Origin: Octopus sinensis
Taxonomy: Eukaryota
NCBI RefSeq assembly: GCF_006345805.1
Contig: NW_021832383.1
Span: 125,530 to 189,529, forward strand
Reading direction: 5' to 3'
DNA length: 64,000 nt
The notes below the pieces were generated by a model. The model was not told the origin of the DNA, searched no databases, and was given only the letters and a program-made list of their open reading frames with translations. Each line of letters begins with the position of its first letter. The stretch's first letter is position 1. Shown one piece after another: positions 38,377 to 50,467 of the stretch. The translations under genes were made by a program, and so were the position numbers.

Positions 38377-40121
38377 CTGACAAATAAAAACCCAACAATG
38401 TTAATAATGATGATGATGATGATAATTTTGCCACAAGGACAGCAGTTTTGGGGGAGGAGATGCATTGATTACGTTGACCAATGTTCAACTGGTACTTATT
38501 TTATCGAGCCCGAAAGGATGAAAGGCAAAGCTGACCTTGGCAGATTTTGAACTGAGAACACAAAAGCATATGAAATATTGCTAAGCATTTTGCTCAACGT
38601 GCCAACGATTCTGCCAGTTTGCTGTCTTAAATAATAATAATACAGATCATGTCGTATAGCCAGCTGGAGACGATGTTTCCTGAGGCTAAATTACAGCAAC
38701 ATTCGTCCTAAACCAGGACTGCCACGTTATGTTGGCAAACAATCTTTTACTACAAAGTACTGTTACTGAATATCTCACGTTGTGAGATTTAAAAATAGTA
38801 ATTTTCTAGTTCCAATATATTTTGCTTCTCCTCCGGTCATGCTATTTGCATAGATTCCTGCAATTCTCTGTTGCCAACCAATTCTATTATTCATATTTCG
38901 CCTTACTGGCACTTATGCCTGTGCTAGTAGGGTGCCAAGAGCACCATCTGAGCGTGATCGTTGCCAGAGCAGCCAACTGGCTTCTGTACCTGTAGCACGT
39001 AAAAGGGCACTATTCGAGTGTGACCGTTACCAACGTCGCTTCACTGGTACCTGTGCCAGTGGCACGTGTAAAAAGATTCAAGCGAGGTCATTGCCAGTAC
39101 TGCCTGACTGGCCCTCATGCCGGTGGCATGTAAAAAGCACCCTCTACACTCTCGGAGTGGTTGGCGTTAGGAAGGGCATCCAGCTGTAGAAACTCTGCCA
39201 GATCAAGATCGGAGCCTGGTGCAGCCATCTGGTTCGCCAGCCCTCGGTCAAAATCGTCCAACCTATGCTAGCATGGAAAGCGGATTTTAAACGATGATGA
39301 TGATAATATTTCAATTGGGAGTCTGAGTCACAGTGACTCATTAATTGATTACACAACCATGGACGCTATGAATGCGTTGCAGTTACTCTCTTGACAGAGA
39401 CTGGTGATCCTGACTATTGATCCTTTTAGGATTCCTCGGCTCAGCATCAATGTAAGCTCAATTGAGCTCCTCTGCTGCCTCTTCACAATCTACCATGCCG
39501 CAGTCCCATGGCTTCACCATATCCCAGGCAGGGAGGCCTGTAAGTATGCAGGGCATGGTTGTCACTCAAGGAGGTATGTTCAAGAATACCCGCAAACCCA
39601 TTATTATATTTTGATAGATAAAATTACTTGGCATTGCACCTATGCCGGTCTCACATAAAAGGCATCCAATACACTCTGTGGAGTGGCTGGCATTAGGAAG
39701 GGCATCCAACCATAGAAACCAAGCCAAATTCAGACTGAAACCTGGTGCTGCTCTCTGGTTACCAGTTCCAGTTAAACTGTCCAGCATGGAAAATGGATAT
39801 TAAACGATGATGATGATGATGATTCAATAATGGCACAGATTCTCTTTTGCACAACAATATGACATTTACATATTGAAGGAAATATCTTTTAAGCCTACGT
39901 CTTCTTTCCTACAGCTGATCACTCAAATATAAAGTCGGAAGTGGAACCTGTTTGTCAGCCAAGTAGACTGAGGAAATAATAATTCATTCAGAAATATTGC
40001 CCCAGACAAGGCAAATGCAACAGCAGAATTAATATATACTATATTTAGAAATTCTATCACACTGTATTTTAAAGGAGGGGTGGTGGTGGTACAAATACCT
40101 GACAAAATTCCTGGGGCTTAC

Positions 40122-40342
40122 CTGGTCTACACCATTTGCAAGCATGGGCTCCATGTTAGCAGCCATTCGAGACTGGCGTGCTTGGTGCCTGCGAGCCCTT
40201 TGCTCACTGACAATGTCCTCTTTCTCGGTGGCTTGCAAGGCCATCAAGATATTTGACAGGTCTGGGTCATTTTCCATCTTCTCTTCAACTTCTTTCCTCT
40301 CAGCAGCACTCTGGGCCTGAGCGAGCAACGTGCAATATAATA
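40122..40342 (-). CDS. SNRNP200: SNRNP200 exon 9 (VLYCTLLAQAQSAAERKEVEEKM...GVDQ), 221 nt
   Basis: gtacag / CAG|gtaagc; lies in ORF 40029..40397. Confidence 0.92.
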
Positions 40343-40889
40343 CTGTACAAAAAAGAAAAACAACAGATTTCTTAGATTTATCCCATTTTAAGGTCACAAG
40401 TATATAAAAAAAAAATGATAGTGAATGTGATTTAAATTATCCCATGGCATGTCTGGTATTCTATTTAATCTACTCTGAAGCGTAAAAAGCACCCATTACA
40501 CTCTTGGAGTGGTTGGTGTTAGGAAGGGCATCCAGCTGTAGAAATATTGCCAGATCAGATTGGAGCCTGGTGTGGTCTACTGGCTTGCCAGACCCCAGTC
40601 AAACCGTCCAACCCATGCTAGCATGGAAAACGGATGTTAAACGATGATGATGATGATGATGATGATGAAGAGAGAGAAACCTAAAACTGATTGGTGTTAT
40701 TTAAACAACAGCTGATGTTCGAGAGATGAAAGAACTGGGTCTTAAGGTTAGCGTGGGATTAGGAGCAGGCATGGTGAACATAAGGGGAGTGGGAGGAGGA
40801 GAGACGAGTGGGTCATGAATGCCTGAGTGGTGGTGGTGGTGGCATGAGACCAGCCAGATTTGAAGAACAGAGGCCATTGTAGTATCAAT

Positions 40890-41259
40890 GGAGGCGCAAT
40901 GGCCCAGTGGTTAGGGCAGCGGACTCGCGGTTTCGATTCCCAGACCGAGTGTTGTGAGTGTTTATTGAGCGAAAACACCTAAAAGCTCCACGAGGCTCCG
41001 ACAGGGGATGGTGGTGATCCTTGCTGTACTCTTTCACCACAACTTTCTCTCACTCTTACTTCCTGTTTCTGTTGTATCTGTATTTCAAGGGGCCGGCCTT
41101 GTCACTCTCTGTGTCACGCTGAATATTCCTGAGAACTACGTTAAGGGTACACGTGTCGGTGGAGTGCTCAGCCACTTACACGTTAATTTCACGAGCAGAC
41201 TGTTCCGTTGATTCGGATCAACCGGAACCCTCATCGTCGTAACCGACGGAGTGCTTCCA
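40890..41259 (+). mobile_element. tRNA-derived SINE (GGAGGCGCAATGGCCCAGTGGTTAG...TTCGATTCCC), resembling octopus OR-type SINEs
   Basis: TSD tagtatcaat; copies at 41688-42072(+), 59078-59459(+), 60433-60816(-). Family name is from recall, not a search. Confidence 0.8.
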
Positions 41260-42696
41260 TAGTATCAATAGAAAAGAGAGAGAGAGAGAGAGAGGACACT
41301 TGTGGGCCGGAGGCTGGAGTGTATCTGTGATTTTATGTCAGGCAACCAAGTGATCTTCCTCAATGTTTGGTCCAGGATGGGTGTGTGAGGGGTCATAAGA
41401 AATATGTCATACCAAACCCCACTAACAAAAGCATCCTTAACCCTTTAGTGTTTAAACCGGCCAAAATATTCTACCTATTTTATGTTCAAACTAGTCAGAT
41501 ATGGTCATTCATAGCTACCTCATTGTGTCATTTTAAAAATAAACAATCACATCATTGAAATCTCAAAGCCATGAAATGATGCAAGATTAATTTTACATGG
41601 TGTGAATACATAAGCTTTTACATTTGACAGAATAATCTGAATGCTAAAGGGTTAACAGCAGCAATGACAACATTACAAAATTCATGGTGGAGGTGCAATG
41701 GCCCAGTGGTTAGGGCAGCGGACTCGCGGTCGTAGGATCGTGGTTTCGATTCCCAGACCGGGCGTTGTGAGTGTTTATTGAGCGAAAACACCTAAAAAGC
41801 TCTACGAGGCTCCGACAGGGATGGTGGTGATCCCTGCTGTACTCTTTCACCACAACTTTCTCTCACTCTTACTTCCTGTTTCTGTTGTGCCAGTATTTCA
41901 AAGGGCCGGCCTTGTCACTCTCTGTGTCACGCTGAATATCCCCGAGAACTACGTTAAGGGTACACGCGTCTGTGGAGTGCTCAGCCACTTACACGTTAAT
42001 TTCACGAGCAGGCTGTTCCGTTGATTCGGATCAACCGGAACTCTCGTCGTCGTAACCAACGGAGTGCTTCCACAGTATCAATAGAAAAGACAGAGAGAGG
42101 ACACTTGTGGGCCGGAGGCTGGAGTATATCTGTGATTTTATGTCAGGCAACCAAGTGATCTTCCTCAATGTTTGGTCCAGGATGGGTGTGTGTGTGGTCA
42201 TAAGAAATATGTCATACCAAACCCCACTAGCAAGAGCATCCTTAACCCTTGTGTTTAAACTGGCCATATCCAGCCAAAATATTCTACCTATTTTATGTTC
42301 AAACTGGCCAGATGTGGTCATTCATAGCTACCTCATTGTGTCATTTTAAAAATAAACAATCACATCATTGAAATCTCAAAGCCATGAAACGATGCAAGAT
42401 TAATTTTACATGGTGTGAATAAATAAGCTTTTACTGTGCGGGTGGCACGTAAAAAGCACCCACTACACTCACGGAGTGGTTGGCGTTAGGAAGGGCACCC
42501 AGCTGTAGAAATATTGCCAGATGAGACTGGAGCCTGGTGCAGCCTTCTGGCTTCCCAGATCCCCGGTCGAACCGTCCAACCCATGCTAGCATGGAGAACG
42601 GACGTTAAACGATGATGATGATGATGATTTGACAGAATAATCTGAATGCTAAAGGGTTAACAGCAGCAATGACAACATTACAAAATCCATGTTTAC

Positions 42697-42796
42697 CCAT
42701 TTGTCTGTGTTGTCTCAGAATTTTGATAAACTCAAACTGACTGACTCCCAGCAGCATCACTAATTGGTTCTCAGCTTCTCGGTCGTCGACAGCATT
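42697..42796 (-). CDS. SNRNP200: SNRNP200 exon 8 ([33 protein letters not shown]), 100 nt
   Basis: tttag / G|gtaaac. Confidence 0.93.
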
Positions 42797-42838
42797 CTAA
42801 AAATGAAACCACAAAAAACACCATGAGAAGGACAGAAA

Positions 42839-43209
42839 TCTCTCTATATATATAAACGGCAAAATGTCTGTCTGTGTGTGTGTCCTTTATACAAATCCAC
42901 AATTTTTCAGTTAGAGGGCTCGCACTTTCTATGGTCATTCAAAAACCGTCCAAAGGTGGCCGTGCACATCTTTACATTTCCCCAGTCACCCCGCAAAGTC
43001 ATTAAAAAAAATCAATAAAAGTGACTTTTTTGTGAATTTTCTATCCAAAACCCAATCAAAATGCCCGGAACTTGATACGCCAATTGAATGCCAGCTAGCT
43101 GTGTGATTGGTTGAAGATTTGGATGGTACTTGCGTGTATGTGCACACGCACGCAGCTGTATATGCATGCACTAGCACTATGACCCGGCAACGCCAGGTCA
43201 TAGTGCTAG
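42839..43209 (+). mobile_element. Non-autonomous Helitron
   Basis: A|TC 5' end, CTAG|T 3' end, terminal GC-rich hairpin CTAGCACTATGACCCGGC-AAC-GCCAGGTCATAGTGCTAG. Confidence 0.8.
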
Positions 43210-43442
43210 TATATATATAAAAGGAAAATACAATGCTTGGCAGATGCACAATGTAAGAGCACACCTTTGATGGAGGTTCGAAGAAGAACCACCCTGATAT
43301 TTAAAACTGCAATTATCCAGCTTTTTGCAAGGGACTTTTACATGAATTGGTGTCGAAAATAGAATTGGTACAGAAACAATTGTAAGTGATCATTAAAGAT
43401 TTGATAAACTCTTTCTTTGTCTTCTTATTTGGATTATACAGA

Positions 43443-43481
<39 letters not shown>

Positions 43482-43723
43482 ACACATGTTTATATAGTCA
43501 TTGCTTGAGCAAATCTGAATTATGACATTGCGATTGGTCACTCGGTACTTTCAAAGACCTGTGGAATAGAGACATCAGTTCCCTGAAAAACTGGTAAGGG
43601 TCAGTGACAGGAAGAGCATCCGGCTGTGAAACCCTGTCTCAAATAACTCTCCATCCACATCCAGGCTAGTCTGGATGAGAAACTGATGTCAAATGAAGAC
43701 CAAATGAGCTGCATCACACGTAC

Positions 43724-43879
43724 CTTGAGAATTTCTAAGATTTCTTTGGACCTGGTCTGTGCCACTGTTGGGTCGTCAGGATAATACTTATTGAGCTTCC
43801 TCTGCAGCCAGAAAGCATCAATGTCTCGTGGATGAAGTCCCCCTTCTAGTTTCTTCTTGTTTTCTTCTCTTTCTGCCAA
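43724..43879 (-). CDS. SNRNP200: SNRNP200 exon 7 (LAEREEN...[15 protein letters not shown]...EILK), 156 nt
   Basis: gtgcag / AAG|gtacgt; PWI-like domain motif [12 protein letters not shown]. Confidence 0.94.
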
Positions 43880-44213
43880 CTGCACAAAACAAGAAACAAA
43901 AATTAAGTTAACCCTTTAGTGTTCTGATTATTCTATCAAACATAATGCCTATTGATTCACATTGATTTGAATTAATCATGCATTATCTCATATCTTCAAG
44001 ATCTTGATGGTGTAATTACTTAAAGTAGAATAACATTGTAGGGTAGGTGTGAGGGCCTGGATCTGGTCAGTTTGAACATAAAACAGACTAAATATTTTGG
44101 CCGGATATGGTCGGTTTAAATACTAAAGGGTTAAACACTTGTACAATTCTATTTTTGGGGAGATGCTTAACATCATTACTGGATGCTATAAACCCAAACT
44201 GGAATGTCTAAGT

Positions 44214-44696
44214 TTAACCCTTTTGTTACCGACTCAGTTGAAACCAGATCTGGCTCTGAGTACAAATGTCTTGTTTTTAAAAGTTTTGAATTAAAATCTT
44301 CCACCAAACCTTAGTCACAATTTATGTTCCTAACACTAGCTCAATGATAACTAAGTTATTTTACTAAAATTCTTTGTTATATTTAAAATAATTGAAAGAA
44401 ACACAGAGCATCTCAAAATAAATACTGTAATGAAAGGGTTCAAATATATAATAGAGAAACAATTCTTAACCCTTTCATTACCAACCTGGCTGAAACCGGT
44501 TCTGGCTCTGTAGTACAAATGTCTTGTTTTCATAAGTTTTGAATTAAAATCTTCCACCAAACCTTAGTCACAATTTATGTTCCTAACACTAGCTGAATGA
44601 TAACTAAGTTATTTTACTAAATTCTTTGTTATATTTTTAAAAATTAAATGAAAGAAACAGAGCATCTCAACAGCAATATGGTAACAAAAGGGTTAT
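44214..44696. mobile_element. piggyBac-type MITE family A dimer (further dimer 49003-49477, monomer 52747-52974)
   Basis: Same terminal inverted repeats, TTAA or near-TTAA flanks and internal sequence. Confidence 0.85.
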
Positions 44697-45065
44697 AAGG
44701 TTTTAATCAACTAAAAATACAGTAATCTACAATACAAAGATAGTTAAATTCTAAGCAAAACTAAGCTTCAACGCAATAACAGTTCTATGCAGCGAGTTGC
44801 TACAGTCTCGACTAACAAAAAACTAACACAGAACACGCTGTGCAGTAAACGGAACAGAACTCTGCGCAGTTGCACTGCAGGCAAATAGCAGCAACCGAGA
44901 CAATCAGAGTCCCGTGATCAAAACTAAAATCACAACGATGGAATAATCAGGAAATTTAATTTTGCAGTGAAAGGGTCAAAGTTATTTGAAATCGCAGCAG
45001 AGTCAGTTTGAACATATATAAATAAAAATCGTTAAACAATTGAGAGGGGGAAAGAACTTAGGTAC

Positions 45066-45158
45066 ATTTGCTCTGAGAGTTGCATCCATCTCGGCTTCTT
45101 CTCCTTCGTCTTCTTCTTCCTCTTCTTCACGGACCTCACCAAAAACATCAGCATCATC
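45066..45158 (-). CDS. SNRNP200: SNRNP200 exon 6 (DDADVFGEVREEEEEEDEGEEAEMDATLRAN), 93 nt
   Basis: tcatag acceptor, AAT|gtacct donor (weak); acidic linker. Confidence 0.85.
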
Positions 45159-46349
45159 CTATGAAAAATACAAAGAATCATATAAATACAAAAAAAAAAA
45201 AGCAAAAATAATTAAAAAAAAACCTTTAGTTAATGGAGGCACAGGAGTGGCTGTGTGGTAAGTAGCTTGTCTACCAACTACATGGTTCTGGGTTCAGTCC
45301 CACTGCATGGCACCTTGGGCAAGTGTCTTCTACTATGGCCTCGGACCAACCAAAGCCTTGTGAGTGGATTTGGTAGATGGAAACTGAAAGAAGCCCGTCG
45401 TATATATATGCGTGTGTGTGTGTCTGTGTTTGTCCCCCCAAACATCACTTGAGAACCGATGGTGGTGTGTTTACGTCCCCATAACATAGCAGTTCGGCAA
45501 AAGAGACCAATAGAATAGATGGCCAGGCAGAAGATTGCACCAAACGTCTGTGTCTGTTTTGGAATGGCTTTTATGGCTGGATGCCCTTCCTAATGTCAAC
45601 CAACCATGTAAATTTCCTGGCCTTTCTTCACTCACCTGTCATCATCCATATACATGTCTAGAACAGTCTACAGATCTCTCCTGCACACTACAACCGACAG
45701 CTCTTAACCATTTAGAATTCAAATTACTCTGTCAAACGCAACGATCATTTATTCACATTGCTTTGAATTACTCATGCATTATCAAGTAGCTTTTAGATTT
45801 TGGTGATGTGACTGCTTATATTCAGACCATCATAGTTGGGTAGGTGTGAGAGGCCGGATCTAGAGGGTTTGAACATAAACCAAGATGGGTATTTGAGTCA
45901 GATATGGCTGGTTTAAGTCCAGTTTTTATTTTCTCAGCTCATCGAAATCGAACCAATCCTATGACTGGCACCCGGCAGATGCCAGGACCCCTGGACTGGT
46001 GGTACGTAAAATGCACTATCCAAATCGTGGCCGATGCAAGCGCCACCTCGACTGGCTTCCGTGCCAGTGGCACGTAAATTGCATCAATCCAACCGTGGCC
46101 GTTGCCAGCCTCGCCTGGCACCTGTACGGGTGGCATGTAAAAAGCACCCACTACACTCACGGAGTGGTTGGCGTTAGGAAGGGCATCCAGCTGTTGAAAC
46201 ATTGCCAGATAAGACTGGAGCCTGGTGCAGCCTTCTGGCTTCCCAGATCCCCGGTCGAACCGTCCAACCCATGCTAGCATGGAGAACGGACGTTAAACAA
46301 TGATGATGATGATCTCTGCCTTGTCATTCATGTCATCATCATCATGGCT

Positions 46350-46760
46350 CGGCTTCACAAACGAAGATCAGGAAGGCTGTCCACGTTGTGTGCATGCACA
46401 CTCATGACTGACAAGTCCGATATGGGAAAGGCAGGTCCGTGAGCAGTGTCCACAGACGAAGGTGACATCTGGTGTGGTGTCAGAGGCGGCTCGCGTCTTC
46501 CTCCTGCGTCTCCTCTTTGTTCCTCAAACTTGTTGACTGCGTTGAAGATCGTGTGGCGCCAGACATCACGGTCCGCAGCCAGGTCTGACCTGCATTGGTG
46601 GTTAATTTGACATGCTGTTAGAGACTTCTTGAGGCAGTCTTTGTAGCGCTTCCTCGGAGCTCCTCTCACTCGGTGGCCGGTGTCATTCATGTACATTATT
46701 AGCCTTACACATTCAACAGATGGTGCTCTTCTCATTTCTTTCCAAACTTCACCCATCCTT
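46350..46760 (-). mobile_element. Decayed RTE/BovB-like LINE 3' end
   Basis: GHRVRGAPRKRYKDCLKKSL...AADRDVWRHTI; (ATG)-type tail. Confidence 0.75.
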
Positions 46761-47433
46761 TGGATTCAGTGTTCATATCTCACTGTCATGCAGCATCACA
46801 CTTCATACACAAGCCTCTTACAATCCACCTTTTGCTTGGAGAGAAAAGAATTCTCTTGTTGACAGCAGATGTGACAACTCCCTCAATTTCTTCCCATCCT
46901 GCTTTAATACTTGCTGTGGCATGTAAAAAGCACCATCCGATCGTGGCCATTTGCCAGCCTCGACTGGCACCTGTGCCGGTGGCACATAAAAAGCACCCAC
47001 TACACTCACGGAGTGGTTGGCGTTAGGAAGGGCATCCAGCCGTAGAAACACTGCCAGATTAGACTGCGCCTGGTGCAGCCTTCTGGCTTCCCAGACCCCA
47101 GTTGAACTGTCCAACCCATGCTAGCATGGAAAACGGACGCTAAATGATGATGATGATGAATACTTTCAATACACTCTTCCCTAATGTGGATTATGTCAAC
47201 TACTTCTGTAAAGCCCTCTGAACATTGGTTGGTGACAGGAAAGGCATTGCCAAATTAAGTAAAACTCAAATTCTTCGGTTCTATTGTAGACGAAACGGTA
47301 AAGTATGGAAGGAAAACATACTTGAAATACACGCGAAGTAAGAATATAACAGAAGCATAGCAGACATAAAACATAATTCCACAGCACTGACAGACTTCCA
47401 TAATCTCAGACCACAATGATGATATATTCTTAC

Positions 47434-47492
47434 CTCATCTTCAGACTCCTCAAACTGAACATTAACTCCATATGTCTCATCAATATTCTCAT
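47434..47492 (-). CDS. SNRNP200: SNRNP200 exon 5 (DENIDETYGVNVQFEESEDE), 59 nt
   Basis: tttccag / GAG|gtaaga; phase-consistent. Confidence 0.93.
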
Positions 47493-48311
47493 CTGGAAAA
47501 AAAAACAACAAAAGAACAGGTGAGAAGCAAAACAGAGAGAGAGAGAGAGAGAGCTATTTGCTCCCTTCCAGTCAATAAGATAAACTTTCCAAAGTTTAAT
47601 ATATAAGTTAGACAAAACACTAAAAGCCGCACAAAGATGTGGCGAACACTACACAATACACACTTAAGTCATGGTTTTAATTCCTTCATTTCAAGAATTG
47701 TTTAATTATTAATTAATCAACATCACACATAGGTGCAAGAGTGGCAGTGTGGTAAGTAGCTTGTTTACCAACCACATGGTTCTGGGTTCAGTCCCACTGC
47801 GTGGCACCTTGCGCAAGGTGTCTCCTACTATAGCCTTGGGCCGACCAAAGCCTTGTGAATGGATTTGGTAGATGGAAACTGAAAAGAAGCCCGTCGTATA
47901 TATATATATATGCATGTGTGTTTGTTCCCCTAGCATTGCTTGACAACCGATGCTGGTGTGTTTATGTCCCCGTTACTTAGCGGTTCGGCAAAAGAGACCG
48001 ATAGAATAAGTACTGGGCTTACAAAAGAATAAGCCCCGGGGTCGAGTTGCTCGATTAAAGGCGGTGCTCCAGCATGGCTGCAGTCAAATGACTGAAACAA
48101 GTAAAAGAGTAAAGAGTACACAATTTACAAGCACTTCATTACAGTCAGTTTTTGATATTTAGATGAGAAAAACAGGAAAAAAGCCTTTGTTAGAAATAAA
48201 CTCAATTATCTCCAGGACTTCAACCATTCCCTTCCATAGTCTAAGAGCTCTGCTTGGGATAAATTAAATTCCCACACTAATTAGACCATCTGAATAGAAG
48301 TTATTAATTAC

Positions 48312-48501
48312 CTGTCTGCATTTTCTCTTCGGAACCCCAGTCGGAGATCTTTTTGCCGAGATTCACAAGCAATGCAAATCTCTCGTCTGCAAGGGAACCA
48401 ATCAAACTCTCGACTTCTCTTTTGCGTTCTTTGTCCTTCATTCGGTCGTTCTTCAACACGGAAAGGACTTCATCAGCAGCACCACACAAAACATCACGTG
48501 G
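48312..48501 (-). CDS. SNRNP200: SNRNP200 exon 4 (PRDVLCGAADEVL...EEKMQT), 190 nt
   Basis: poly-T ccag acceptor, G|gtaatt donor; lies in ORF 48304..48534. Confidence 0.95.
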
Positions 48502-48689
48502 CTGGAAAAAAAAAAAAAAAACCCCAAAAAACATTATAATAATAATATAATGAAATTATTGTATACAGTGCTCAGGTGCACCACAACTTGTCAGAAAGTG
48601 CATATAAAGTACATGCAGCAATGTAGAAATGTCTGGAAAGTGAACAATGTATGAGTCAGATACATGCTTGTGTGTGTATGGAGGGGAGA

Positions 48690-48980
48690 AAATCAAGTGT
48701 AGTGTTGGGGAATCTCAGGAAGCATGGAAGTTTTGAAGGATGCAGTGCTCCGACAACTAACAACTGATGCTGGCAGTTTGTTCCATGCTTCAGCAACACT
48801 CAGCGTGAAAAAATGTTTCCTGAAGTCATGGGAGCTGTGCTGTATTCTTACTTTGTAAATATATCCACGGGTGTTAGATGGGTGGAGTTTGAAAAGGTGC
48901 TCAGAGTTATTGTTTGTATGATGGTTGATAATTTTATGGGTGTCTGCCAAGTCAGCTGCCAGACGTCGGAGTTTCAATGT
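48690..48980 (-). mobile_element. CR1/L2-like LINE 3' fragment
   Basis: NTRGYIYKVR...RKHFFTLSVAEAWNKLPASVV...SFK motif typical of CR1-group C-termini. Confidence 0.7.
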
Positions 48981-49741
48981 GTTATTATAGTAATAATAAC
49001 CTTTAACCCTTTCATTACCAACCCGGCTGAAACCGGCTCTGGCTATGTAGTACAAATATCTAGTTTTCATAAGTTTTGAATTAAAATCTTCCACCAAACC
49101 TTAGTCACAATTTATGTTCCTAACACTAGCTGAATGATAACTAAGTTATTTTACTAAATTCTTTGTTATATTTAAAATTAATTGAAAGAAACACAGAACA
49201 TCTCAACAGAAATAGGATAATAAAAGGGTTAAAGTCACCATGCTATTTTTAACCCTTTGATGCCAACATGGCTGAAACCACCTCTGGCTCTGTATTACAA
49301 ATGTCTTATTTTCAAAAGTTCTTAATTAAAATCTTCCACCAAACTTTAGTCACAATTTATGTTCCTAACACTAGCTTAATGATAACTAAGTTATTTTACT
49401 AAATTCTTTGTTATATTTAAAATTAATTGAAAGAAACACAGAGCATCTCAAAATAAATACAGAAACGAAAGGGTTAATATTCCCTTCTTGACAATAGTCA
49501 TCCTCTTTCTTCTCCTCCAAATCCTCCTCATTGCTCCCAACATCACCAGTTCGATGTCATAATTTACATCTCTCTCACTCTGGTTGGACGACTTGCCCAG
49601 ACCAAAGCAACTCTTTCCTTAAAGTCTTCCATATCCTCAATCTGATATCCAATGCCTTCCACAAATCAATCATTATATTCTCTTCTTAGTCTGCCGATAC
49701 AAAATTCCCTCAATTTTACTTAAGATGGAATTGCTTGGAAA

Positions 49742-50089
49742 ATTACTATTTTTAAATCTCACAACGAGAGATATTCAGCAACAGTATTTTGTAGTAAGGA
49801 TGTTTGCCAACATAACATGGCAGTCCTGGTTTAGGACGAATGTTGCTGTAATTTAGCCTCAGGAGACATCGTCTCCAGCTGGCTATACAACACAATCTGT
49901 GTCCCTTGTTTGAAAATATAAGGACACAGATCGTGTCTCCAGCTGGCTATATAACATGATCTGTGTCCCTTGTTCGAAAATATAAGGACACAAATTGTGT
50001 CGTGTAGCCAACTGGGGACGATGTCTCCTGGGGCTAAATTACAGCAACCTTCGTCCTAAACCAGGACTGCCATGTTATGTTGGCAAACA
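49742..50089. repeat. Hairpin-rich interspersed repeat arranged as a foldback; single copy at ~38642-38805
   Basis: 49801-49904 is the approximate reverse complement of 49985-50089; central ~63-bp direct duplication. Confidence 0.75.
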
Positions 50090-50296
50090 ATCTTTATGGA
50101 ATTGTTTCATCTACAGGCCCTGCTATGACAAAACATTACTGAGTGATATATAATACCAGAAATTTTCAAAATAATGTTCTAACATTAAAATTTGGGCCCA
50201 AAGAGATGTTTTGGCCAAAAACTCATGTTGACCTCACTCCCTGGACTTCCAGTGGGACCCAATCTTTCGCTATCATATAATTGTGGTACAACTTAC

Positions 50297-50467
50297 CTGA
50301 TCTCCAAGAGCAGCTTGTATGAAGCTCAGCAGAACCTCATAGGTCTGGCGAGTCTCCTGGGTCTTCGGCCGATAGACAATTCCGACCATATCATTGATGC
50401 CTTCGACAACAATGTTGTTCCTTTCATCTTCATTACTTCTCTTTGTGCTTCATCACGTTTCTTCCGC
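50297..50467 (-). CDS. SNRNP200: SNRNP200 exon 3 ([57 protein letters not shown]), 171 nt with apparent 1-nt deletion near 50404
   Basis: tgcag acceptor, CAG|gtaagt donor; homologous peptide switches frame at TTG TTG TC- GAA GGC. Confidence 0.9.

Noticed and set aside
40890-40960. tRNA genes (also ~1715-1784, 17654-17712, 59078-59150)
   Set aside because: A/B boxes are present, but no complete cloverleaf is evident and each continues into a repeated body; these are SINE heads.
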